A stretch of 64,000 bases of DNA, taken from Macrostomum lignano. Its lineage: Eukaryota. The translations under genes were made by a program, and so were the position numbers. A model generated the notes under the pieces. It was given only the letters and a program-made list of their open reading frames with translations. It searched no databases and was not told the DNA's origin. Below are positions 46,226-57,375 of the stretch, piece after piece. Positions within the stretch are counted from its first letter, which is position 1. The number at the start of each line of letters is the position of its first letter. Location: NCBI GenBank assembly GCA_002269645.1, contig NIVC01000019.1, positions 1,178,001 to 1,242,000 of the forward strand, given 5' to 3'.

Positions 46226-48520
46226 CCTGGTGCTGGCGCCCCTGGTGCTGGCGCCCCTGGTGCTGGCGCCCCTGGTGCTGGCGCCCCTGGTGCTAAAGCC
46301 CCTGGTGCTGGCGCCCCTGGTGCTGGCGCCCCTGGTGCTGGCGCCCCTGGTGCTGGCGCCCCTGGTGCTGGCGCCCCTGGTGCTGGCGCCCCTGGTGCTG
46401 GCGCCCCTGGTGCTGGCGCCCCTGGTGCTGGCGCCCCTGGTGCTGGCGCCCCTGGTGCTGGCGCCCCTGGTGCTGGCGCCCCTGGTGCTGGCGCCCCTGG
46501 TGCTAGCGCCCCTGGTGCTAAAGCCCCTGGTGCTAAAGCCCCTGGTGCTAAAGCCCCTGGTGCTAAAGCCCCTGGTGCTGGCGCCCCTGGTGCTGGCGCC
46601 CCTGGTGCTAAAGCCCCTGGTGCTAAAGCCCCTGGTGCTGGCGCCCCTGGTGCTGGCGCCCCTGGTGCTGGCGCCCCTGGTGCTGGCGCCCCTGGTGCTG
46701 GCGCCCCTGGTGCTGGCGCCCCTGGTGCTGGCGCCCCTGGTGCTGGCGCCCCTGGTGCTGGCGCCCCTGGTGCTGGCGCCCCTGGTGCTAGCGCCCCTGG
46801 TGCTAAAGCCCCTGGTGCTAAAGCCCCTGGTGCTAAAGCCCCTGGTGCTGGCGCCCCTGGTGCTGGCGCCCCTGGTGCTAAAGCCCCTGGTGCTGGCGCC
46901 CCTGGTGCTGGCGCCCCTGGTGCTAAAGCCCCTGGTGCTGGCGCCCCTGGTGCTGGCGCCCCTGGTGCTGGCGCCCCTGGTGCTGGCGCCCCTGGTGCTG
47001 GCGCCCCTGGTGCTGGCGCCCCTGGTGCTGGCGCCCCTGGTGCTGGCGCCCCTGGTGCTGGCGCCCCTGGTGCTGGCGCCCCTGGTGCTGGCGCCCCTGG
47101 TGCTGGCGCCCCTGGTGCTAGCGCCCCTGGTGCTAAAGCCCCTGGTGCTGGCGCCCCTGGTGCTGGCGCCCCTGGTGCTGGCGCCCCTGGTGCTGGCGCC
47201 CCTGGTGCTGGCGCCCCTGGTGCTAAAGCCCCTGGTGCTGGCGCCCCTGGTGCTGGCGCCCCTGGTGCTGGCGCCCCTGGTGCTAAAGCCCCTGGTGCTG
47301 GCGCCCCTGGTGCTGGCGCCCCTGGTGCTGGCGCCCCTGGTGCTGGCGCCCCTGGTGCTGGCGCCCCTGGTGCTGGCGCCCCTGGTGCTGGCGCCCCTGG
47401 TGCTGGCGCCCCTGGTGCTAGCGCCCCTGGTGCTAAAGCCCCTGGTGCTAAAGCCCCTGGTGCTGGCGCCCCTGGTGCTGGCGCCCCTGGTGCTAAAGCC
47501 CCTGGTGCTGGCGCCCCTGGTGCTAAAGCCCCTGGTGCTAAAGCCCCTGGTGCTGGCGCCCCTGGTGCTAAAGCCCCTGGTGCTGGCGCCCCTGGTGCTA
47601 AAGCCCCTGGTGCTAAAGCCCCTGGTGCTGGCGCCCCTGGTGCTGGCGCCCCTGGTGCTGGCGCCCCTGGTGCTGGCGCCCCTGGTGCTGGCGCCCCTGG
47701 TGCTAAAGCCCCTGGTGCTGGCGCCCCTGGTGCTGGCGCCCCTGGTGCTGGCGCCCCTGGTGCTGGCGCCCCTGGTGCTGGCGCCCCTGGTGCTGGCGCC
47801 CCTGGTGCTGGCGCCCCTGGTGCTGGCGCCCCTGGTGCTGGCGCCCCTGGTGCTGGCGCCCCTGGTGCTAGCGCCCCTGGTGCTGGCGCCCCTGGTGCTG
47901 GCGCCCCTGGTGCTGGCGCCCCTGGTGCTGGCGCCCCTGGTGCTGGCGCCCCTGGTGCTGGCGCCCCTGGTGCTGGCGCCCCTGGTGCTAGCGCCCCTGG
48001 TGCTAAAGCCCCTGGTGCTAAAGCCCCTGGTGCTGGCGCCCCTGGTGCTGGCGCCCCTGGTGCTGGCGCCCCTGGTGCTGGCGCCCCTGGTGCTGGCGCC
48101 CCTGGTGCTGGCGCCCCTGGTGCTGGCGCCCCTGGTGCTGGCGCCCCTGGTGCTAAAGCCCCTGGTGCTAAAGCCCCTGGTGCTGGCGCCCCTGGTGCTG
48201 GCGCCCCTGGTGCTGGCGCCCCTGGTGCTGGCGCCCCTGGTGCTAAAGCCCCTGGTGCTAAAGCCCCTGGTGCTAAAGCCCCTGGTGCTGGCGCCCCTGG
48301 TGCTAAAGCCCCTGGTGCTAAAGCCCCTGGTGCTAAAGCCCCTGGTGCTAAAGCCCCTGATGCTAAAGCCCCTGGTGCTGGCGCCCCTGGTGCTGGCGCC
48401 CCTGGTGCTAAAGCCCCTGGTGCTAAAGCCCCTGGTGCTAAAGCCCCTGGTGCTAAAGCCCCTGGTGCTAAAGCCCCTGGTGCTAAAGCCCCTGGTGCTA
48501 AAGCCCCTGGTGCAAAGGCG
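46226..48520. repeat. 15-bp tandem array, 153 units (CCTGGTGCT[GGC/AAA/AGC]GCC)
   Basis: Perfect 15-bp phase from 46226 to 48520 (2295 bp). Variation is almost entirely at one 3-bp slot. Confidence 0.98.
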
Positions 48521-48944
48521 CTCTGAAGATTGGCCCAGTCATCTAATATCTAATATTTGGAAAGCTCGGTTTAAATCTGATAGCGGACTCATATAATGCG
48601 GACAAAAATCTGTACATGTTGGTTAAATGCAAACTCAAAAGTATAGAGCAATAACACACGTAACTCGTAGTTACGGGGCGACTTTAACAGTTGAACCGCA
48701 GCAGAGCAGCAAAAGCAGCATCTGTCGAACTTTGAAGCCACCGATTTTACTAAAATCCTATAGAGAGGCGGTAGCATCAGCGATGTTGTCTAATCAGAAA
48801 GCATCCGATTGGCACGAGTACGCTGGATCAATTGCGAGTTTTACTGTTACCATGTTTTTGCAGCTTAGTAACTAAAAACGATGACATAAATGAAATCGAT
48901 ATTCATACAAACAAACAACATTTAGCTTTTTTAGTTAGAGGCAA

Positions 48945-49170
48945 GGGGCCTGTGCGCATCCAGGTGCACTTTAAGCAACATTGTCGCACAACCGGCGAGA
49001 GGCATTACTGCCCCTTCCGCCGACTCCCCTGAGCAGGCGCACTTGAGCACGCGGATACGTACGCAGTCATACGCACAGGCACACACTCACCCAGGAGTGT
49101 ACAGCGGCCCTGCCTTTATTTATCGTTAGGCATGTACACTTCACTGTGCCTTGGGGTTTGGATTCCAATT
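48945..49170 (+). mobile_element. SINE copy, same family
   Basis: CAACATTGTCGCACAA, GACTCCCCTGAGCAGG, GTGTACAGCGGCC and GCATGTACACTTCACTGTGCCTTGGGG match the other copies. Confidence 0.65.
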
Positions 49171-50542
49171 TAGCCCCAAATTATTAATGTGACTGGTTGT
49201 TATTGTTCCCCCCCCAAACAATGTTAATGTTAATCTTTAACTCAGATGGCAAAATTGTAAAAAATAATTCCAGTGTGTTGGCACGCAGTTGGTGACTTGC
49301 ACTTTCGACTGAACTGTTGAATTTATTGACGGTCTGCATGGTGATTCTTCATGGTGATGGAGATGTCTTCAAATCTAATCAGGGTACGAGGCAAAAATCC
49401 GATATGCATGCTTGTGTATACAGAATTTCTTCTACCTGAACAAAAAAGAGTATGCAGTATGAATATCGTTTCAGTTTTATTCGTTGATCAGATTGAAGCT
49501 TTACTTCGGGCTCCATTCCGTAGCTTAAGTTGGCGTCCCGCGAGCAGTTAGTTTAGTTCTGAATGTTGAAAAACACACAGTCTGAGAGTCTCTGAGGTTC
49601 TATGGCCAAGGTTGTCGTTCTAATCAATTTGATCCTGCGAGCAGTCAATTTCATGCAAACTTTTTAAAATCTATGCAGATCAGTCATCATGCATCCCAGG
49701 GTCCAACAAGACAAGGCAACGCAATGCGGAACAACACAACAGAATAGAAACCATCGTGGTATAGTCAGTTTCGAAAGTTATCAAGCTCAGAGAATCGGTA
49801 GGCCAGTGATACAGCGGTGAAGCTGTAGCCCATCATTTCACGATGCCATCCTCCGCGTTTTCGTTTTTAGCGGATACTTGTTCAGCATGGGTGAAGGCAA
49901 ATCGCGAGCGTTGTCAGCGGACCGATTCTTCGGAAATTCACAAACGCTTCCCCATGCTAGTTATACATCTGCTCACGCGTACTCTTTGGGGAAGAGACGA
50001 TATTTCAACAGCATCCAGATCAACCTCACTGGTCTCCGGTAGGTCAGGAAGATTGATTAAATTAATTTTATTAAATATGAATCATGAAATTTGTTATTCT
50101 GCATAGATTCTCTTCACGTGAAGAAGAATGTTTAATTTGTCCAGGACACTTCCTAATTCATATTTAATAAAATAAAGCAAAAAAAAGCTTAAAATAAAGC
50201 AGTTTACTGGTAGTTTGTGAGGAATAAACAAATTTAATGCTTGTTCCTACGATTCGTACGACAGAAACTAAAGTGTCTGTAGAAGTGTCTGAATAAGTGT
50301 CGGCGAATGTTTAATACGTCCCGGTAAATCGGGTGGGAACATGATTGGAACGAAACGACAGATCTGGCCATAGAACCCTAGGTGCCTCTGTGAATCCGTG
50401 TGGGCTTTTACCTTTCAGACGAAATCCACTGCTCGCAGGACCGAATTGAGTGGGTGTGGTATATTGCAGCAAAGAACAAAGCACAAGCAAAAAGCAGAGT
50501 TAAAGCATGAATTCGATCGAGCAAACAAATACAGAATCTTAC

Positions 50543-51402
50543 GGCATTGTGGCTCGAAAATCGATATTCGACACATGGTTTCCGTTGTTAATACGAGCAG
50601 CAACCACTTGCTCTGGTACTCGATCGGTGGTTCCCAGACAGCTCGAAAGATCCCGTTGCAGCAGGTCTCTGAATGAGCCTCTACCAGCCAATGCTTCTCT
50701 CAAGAATGACACCAGCTCAGGCGACATAGAGTGCAAGATCTGAATTAAGTCCCCAGGTCTCAGGTCTGAGCTTCTATCTGCTGGACAGAAGACGTAGTTA
50801 TTTATTGCCAGTGTCACGCCAGCCTGCGGGAAGCCGTACGATTCAACCTGGCCAACCAGTTGTCCGTTCAAAAGCAGCTCAAAGAGTTTTCGCAGTTTAG
50901 TCAAAAGCTTTTCAACTCGGGAAGCGATTTCAGCCGCCATCACGGATAGTTCAACATTGAGAAGTCGGATCAGTTGATGCAGACTGCACTCTGGCTGCTG
51001 GTTCGCGTGGCACTCAGCGGGCTCGCAAGCAGTCAGTTTGTCCGCGTGAGCTCCGCAGTGGCAGCAGCTGGCGCCTCCAAGACTGTCGCTGGTAAACCCA
51101 TGCCTCGCCCAACGCTCCGCAGTTTCAACATCAACAAGGCCGTTTCCAGAGAATGAGCGCAGGCGGTTTTCATAGCTAAGATTGGCGGGGCTGACGGATG
51201 CAGCTAAAATAATCAATAAGCTACCCAGAAAATAAACTCGCAGCCTCGGATTCGCATCCGGTGCCAATTGCACCTTTTGCTCACTTGGATTTGTCTTTTC
51301 TCTTTGTTCCGATTGGGGAATTATCTTTGGCAGCACAGTATTTACCAAAATGTTGTTGTCTTCGTTGGCCGTCGATGCTCCGTTGTGGTTGTAGTTGGAC
51401 AT
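50543..51402 (-). CDS. IAP-like paralog C, exon 1 (atypical BIR and UBA-like); RING exon not adjacent
   Basis: ATG 51402. RLRSF...WARHGF...SCCHC-x15-H-x6-C; VESYGF. Ends ATG CC|GTAAGA, a phase-2 donor like paralogs A and E. Confidence 0.75.
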
Positions 51403-53128
51403 TTTGGCCGCCTGCAAAAATATAAAATAGTAATGCAAAAAAACCAATTCTGGCTAAAATTCTAATTTATTTCTGAAAACTGAAATATCCGTTACGAACT
51501 TGTTTGTTCGATGCGAACACGCTCGCTGAGTTTTTAGGAAATCAGCGGATACTGTCGGACCTCCCAGCACATAAATCTGAATCCTATAGCTGACTGGTCT
51601 GGCTTCAATCAAACTATTGTTTACATGTGTCTAATGACGAATTCACAATCAATCAATCAATTTGTGCACTAGAACGTACCAATAAAACACATTAGAATCC
51701 GTAAGGGTAAGAAGCCTGTTTGTTTCTGGCAAGAGTTGAGCAATGCGCGAGAGCCGATGTGTTGTAGATGTTTTTAGTCTCGTACGGCTAAAGAGGTTTA
51801 TCTTTGTCTTCATTGTACACGGAGCCTTCACAATATTTAAAACTTTAATAGAGTACAGCGATGTGCAAAGCCCATAAAAATAATGCGCGAGCGTAGCTTG
51901 ATGAAATGCTTATACACAAGCTGTTTAAAAATTTTGACAACATGGATACGAGAGCAGATGTCAGTTACTTCAGTACAAGAACAGCCGGTAGCCCGCAGGC
52001 GTATGCTATGCTTGTATTGTAATTATATTCAGCAACATTGACAAGCTCAAATTTTCTGTGGATCCGTGATTTTTAATCCACTACAGGCGTTGAGATTATT
52101 GTAGAGTACTTTTGCACCTGTGGTAGTTAGCTACTGCGTAATAAACTAAAGTTGTTCTACGCGAAAGGCATCGCATTTCTCTTTTTATGCAATATGGTGA
52201 AATTATATGCGATTAATGATTCAAAAAATAGTTTTCAAGTATATATTTACTTCACCAATTTTTTTATTACACCTGCCCTAATGGGTAGATAGATGTGCAA
52301 CCGACAGCTCAGCCGCAGCTATTACGCGGATCTTCTGAAGACTGCTCACGGCTGTTCAGTCCAAGGACTGGGGGGGGGGGGTCGCCACACACATCCTCAA
52401 TTACCCCAGCTGTACTGAAGCAATGCAGAGTTAAATTCTTGCTCAAGAACACAAATTCACCTCATACTCGTACATATCAAAACAATATGACACTTACCTT
52501 TGCGATAAATTCCTCACTATGATTCCTGATGTTCACTCAGATTGGCATAACGGTGCGTACGGTGGTATGCTGGCTTTCTGCTGTTAACTAGGAACCAACC
52601 TTATACGCACACAAATGTTAGAATTTATACCGTACACACCAGGGTGTACGTTCACAAGTGTACGTGTCTGCCTGTATGCGCATGCAAGTACACTGGTACT
52701 GGCATTCAGGAGCAGCTAGTACTGGGTATCCCAGCTAATGTACGATGCCAGTGCACGAGACACTTTCCTTCTCATTTCAGACAATATACATACTAGGTAC
52801 TACTCTGATATTTAGCTTTAAGTTAGCTACTACATCTATCGTTTAACTCTTCTAAAGAGGTCAAGATAGACCTCACTTTTGGAGGATAATTTGTTGGAAA
52901 AAATAATTTTAACAAACTTCATAATAATTTAAGTGGGGCTACGTGGACAGGTGATATTTATAAACAGTTCATATTTATTTATCCATATTGAAATCTGTAC
53001 ATGACATTTGTACATGAAGTAGCTGTGAAATATTGGCTAAAATTAACTGCTGTTGTGTCGATGTGAAAGTATGCGGTATATACTCGGACAATGTACAAAT
53101 CAAGAATTAGGGAACGAATTCATTTTAT

Positions 53129-54139
53129 TCACAATGCCAAAACCGCAGTCACAATGCTCAGGATCTCAATCCCACAGCGGGGACATGAGCTCAGGAGATT
53201 GAGACATTCGCGGCAGGCGACGAGGTGAGTGCAGGGAAGGCAGACCCGGTCGCGAGGTCGCTCGTGGCACTCGATGCACCGCCAGTTCGTTCCCGAGTCT
53301 TCGGCCTCCGTCTGCCTCCGTCCCACAGAAGCAGTTTTCTCACCCGACTGATTCTCTGGCGGCTGGCAGACTTCATCGCCTTCGGTCTCCAAGGCCACGG
53401 GTGTTGAGTCCGTTGAAAGTCGGAGCCGGTCTTGAACGATGGGTGACGCTAGGAGCAGGTCTAGCACGTCAGGAAGCTGGTCTAAGTCAGTCCGCAGCTC
53501 GTGGATCAAGCCAATGATTTCGCCCGGCTGCTTAGCGCCAGAAGCTTCAGCACCACCAGCCAACAGTAGCTGAAGCTGGACAAAGATGACTTCATTGGCC
53601 GAAAATCCAAAAGACTCCACGAATTTAGTTACAGGATCTCTGAGTGCAGCTAAGAGTCTTCTGATGAGCTGCTTCAGCCGCTCTGCATCGGCGATGTACT
53701 TAACGTCGTCTACTTCGGGTCTTGCCTTGTTGAGAAACTGCCAAAGGCGTAGCATAGCGCAGTGAGGTCGTCGGTTCGAGTGCCAGTCTCCAGGATCGCC
53801 ATTCACCAACGAGTCAACACGCGCACCGCATAGAATGCAGCTGACACCGCCGAGTCCGTCGCTGTAGAATCCGCCATCCGCCCATTGGTGAGCAGCGGCT
53901 TCGTCCAGGAAACCTTCGAAGGAGCGCAGTCGACTTGTGAAGCTGAGCTTGTCCTGGTAGGGTAAAGATGATCCTAGAATGACCAGGAGACTGCCGACCA
54001 GAAAGTTTCGAATCGTCTCGGAGCCAGACTTCCAGCGCTCCTTCAGTTCTGTCAGCAGAGAGTCCGAGAACAGACAAGAGCTTACTCGAAGCTCATTGAC
54101 GTCTTTCGGAACCTGTAGCTTTTGAATACCTGTACTCAT
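53129..54139 (-). CDS. IAP-like paralog D (atypical BIR, UBA-like, RING), intact intronless CDS, 336 aa
   Basis: RLRSF...WADGGFYSDG...C-x2-C-x15-H-x6-C; FVESFGFS; terminal CIEC...LPCTHLVACREC...CPRC. Confidence 0.85.
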   Translation of the reverse strand: MSTGIQKLQVPKDVNELRVSSCLFSDSLLTELKERWKSGSETIRNFLVGSLLVILGSSLPYQDKLSFTSRLRSFEGFLDEAAAHQWADGGFYSDGLGGVSCILCGARVDSLVNGDPGDWHSNRRPHCAMLRLWQFLNKARPEVDDVKYIADAERLKQLIRRLLAALRDPVTKFVESFGFSANEVIFVQLQLLLAGGAEASGAKQPGEIIGLIHELRTDLDQLPDVLDLLLASPIVQDRLRLSTDSTPVALETEGDEVCQPPENQSGEKTASVGRRQTEAEDSGTNWRCIECHERPRDRVCLPCTHLVACRECLNLLSSCPRCGIEILSIVTAVLAL

Positions 54140-55013
54140 TATGTTACCTTGAAATAATATTTAAAGATTTAACCCTCCCGTTTATTATTACCCTTGCATC
54201 TCATTAGTATTCGAAATTGCCTGCAATTCCAAGGGCTAGCCAAGTTTGTTCCTCGGAAACGCCAAGGAAATGCCTTTAATGTCTTTAATAACTGCCTGAA
54301 GTTCCACTTTATAAGCGCACTAATGGGTTAAGTGCTTTGCTTATGAACTGTACAGTACATGAACTTGCTATGCAAATATTTGACAGTTTCCTGAACAACA
54401 AGAATCTGTACATTTCTATTCTCATACACTAAAGCAGTTATATCGATTGGAATTGTACACTACCTATTTCAGGTGTATACGTTACAACCCTAATTAGCTT
54501 TCGTAGATTAGAAGATTTATACAGATTTTTGTTCCTTGTAATAAGACACGAACCTTTAAAAATAGTGCTTACGAGCTGTCGTTTTTGTTTTGCCTTCAAA
54601 GCGTAGAGCGAGTGTACAACCTACACGGTACTATCCACTGTGTGCATGGGCGCCTCTGTACATTTTGCATTGTACGCTTTTAACTGTCATGGCGACAACG
54701 CTCTTGCAATTTTGGCAGTAACTATTCACTATAGAATCAAGCAGTGAGCTAGAAAGTGTACTCAAGCTGAATAGTAAAATGATACTATTTAGAGCATCAT
54801 CATATCGCTGCAGTATCCTCGATGTCTCAGAGAATGATTGTTATAAGTACATGTTCAGCAGTTAGATTACACAAATGTGTCAGGAATTATGTTCTATTTT
54901 GCTTATTTATCCCTCTTTTGCCCCGGGCGATAGTTTATGTCACGCATGTTTTTATTTATTTCTATCGGTGAAAAATCTATAACAAATCGAGCAACAAAAT
55001 GGCACTCTCAGTC

Positions 55014-56840
55014 TCAGGGCATATACGCTTGTTTCTCAGCCGTAATCTTGCAGTTGCAAGCGGGACACACTCGAAATCCTGAAATGCAACGCTTGCAGTA
55101 CAAGAGATGCTTGCACGGCAGCAGCAGCACTTCCCGAGACCTGGTCTGGCAAAGATGGCACAGCGGGCTGTCTTCCAATGCCTTCTGGTTGGCAGTGGTC
55201 TCTTGATGGCCTTCTGGTGCCCTGTAATAGTTGTGTAATAATGTAGGATTACACAACTAATCATGTAGGAAAATGTAGGAAAATGTAATAATGTAGGAAA
55301 ATAATCATTTTATTTATAGCAAAGATAACTACCTATTAAAAAACTATCTAGGGGAATCTTTCTCCTTCGAAATCAATCAATTTTTTAACGAGGACAACAT
55401 CTACAACAACAGTAGAAGCAGCAACAAAAAAAGCAAAAACAACAAAAAACAACACCCCCAGATTCTTACTCACAGAATCTCACGATTCTTATCCCCAAAG
55501 TCTCACGATTCTTACCCACATAATCTCACGATTTTTACCCCCAGAGTCTCACGATTCTTACCCCCAGAGTCTCACGATTCTTACCCACATAATCTTACGA
55601 TTCTTACCCACATAATCTCTCGATTCTTACCCCCAGAGTATCACGATTCTTACCCCAGAATCTCATGATTATTACCCCAGAATCTCATGATTATTACCCC
55701 AGAGTCTCACGATTCTTACCCACATAATCTCACGATTCTTACCCCCCCCCCAAAGTCTCACGATTCTTACCCCCAAAGTCTCACGATTCTTACCCCCAAA
55801 GTCTCACGATTCTTACCCCCAAAGTCTCACGATTCTTACCCCAGAATCTCATGATTATTACCCCCCTGAATCTCACGATTCTTACCCCCAGAATCTCACG
55901 ATTCTTACCCCAGAATCTCACGATTCTTACCCTCAGAATCTCACGATTGTTACCCACAGAATCTCACGATTCTTACCCTCAGAATCTCACAATTCTTACC
56001 CCATCCCAGAATCTCACGATTCTTACGAGCGTACCCCCAGAAAAAAAAGTCGCCCAGTGATTAAAATTCGCTGGGGTGGGGGGCAACACTGGCTGTTAAT
56101 TATGCGAAAGTTATGCGAAATTCGCAAAAGTCTAACCTGATCGAGTGGCTTTCATCGGCTGAAATCTCCTGATTTCTGATGGTACCCGGTCGGTTCATGA
56201 TGTCGGAATTCCTCGGGTCATCAGTGACTTTTTGACTGGCAAAATCCAGCAGCCTCTGCACCATGCTAGCCAGCTCTGCTGCAATGTACTCCGGAAGCGA
56301 GTGCTCAGCCTCTATCAGATCTCCCGGTTTCCACGCCAGAGCTCCGCGATTCAGCTTGAAGAAGAGGCGCAAGGCGCCCAACGCGGTCTTGGCTTTCGAA
56401 AACCCGAACGATTCAACGAAACCAATTTTGGAGTCCCTTAGAAAGAGGAACAGCTTCATGATTAGCTTATGAAACTTGGCAGTTTCAGCGGCTAGCTCAG
56501 AGTCAGGAATCGATCCCGGCTTTTCAGAGAGTCGACGGAGCTGCTACAGGGCGCAGTCAGGCCGGTGATTCGCGCTCGATTCTCCGCAGTGGCAGCAGGC
56601 GCTGTCGACTCCATTGCTGTAGAAACCGTCCTGAGCCAATTGACGAGTCATTTCTTCATCGTGACGGTTGTCCAGGAATGATTTGAGACGATCCTTGAAG
56701 CTGAGCCGGTTTAAGCTCACTGCTGTTCCAAAAATAACCAACAACGTGCCAATTAGATGAATTTCCCGTCCTGATTGCAACGCTTCCGGAGGGCAGATAG
56801 ACAATATGTACTGTATAATTTGGTTTATGCTGACGTCCAT
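55014..56840 (-). pseudogene. IAP-like paralog E; 2 exons (56840-56137, 55221-55014) with an in-frame TAG at 56544-56546 and a shortened BIR
   Basis: ORFs 56544-56840 and 56100-56459 share one frame across the TAG. Donor AG|GTTAGA at 56137, acceptor ATTACAG|G at 55221, RING CHLC...LPCKHLLYCKRC...CPAC...QAYMP*. Confidence 0.75.
55455..56030. repeat. 22-23-bp minisatellite (CCCCAGAATCTCACGATTCTTA) filling the paralog E intron
   Basis: About 25 degenerate units. Confidence 0.92.
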
Positions 56841-57375
56841 TGTACTTCTGAACAGTGACTACGCCAAGTCCCATGAAGGCTCGCTTTATGCAGTGAACCG
56901 AACATGGAACCGAAAATCTCTTATCAACACGCATAATGCAGTGAACTCTACAATCTAGTATACAATGTATGCAATAGGTTTTAACAAAATAATTTCGCTC
57001 AGCCAATGAGATGCCGCTCTATTGCCTGGCTGTTGAAAGCAATATAACAAAATTGTATCTCGCTAATGCGTGTTTTAAATGACTTGTGTACTGTGTAAGA
57101 AACGCAGCTCTCTATGAAATATACTATTGAGATACAATGACTCTAATATACGAGCGTAATATATCGATGCCTTGTGATAGGGCATCTATCAGCAGTCTAT
57201 TGAGCCTTAGAAATGAGAGCAGCGTCGCATGGTGGGCGCAACTCAAGGCTTGTTGCATAGACCGAACAAGGACGACTTAACTGTTATGTTAATATGACTA
57301 AAACTCGTCGAAAAGGAATTATCAAAATATACATATCTAATTACAAAACTGCCTATCAGCAGCGCACGCTAGGAG

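Noticed and set aside
48521-48570. Hammerhead ribozyme (CTGAAGA...GAAA); similar hit near 52334
   Set aside because: Stems I-III could not be formed around the core by eye.
46230-48596. 788-aa (LVLAP/LVLKP)n ORF as a real membrane protein
   Set aside because: It starts at GTG inside the repeat and is one of five open frames of a stop-free 15-mer. The variant pattern fits the PGAGA/PGAKA frame better.
48600-50050. An additional decayed IAP-like paralog on the minus strand
   Set aside because: Only tiny matches (DGFYS, CCFC, GPLTTLAI) in different stop-ridden frames. Suggestive but not supportable without an alignment.
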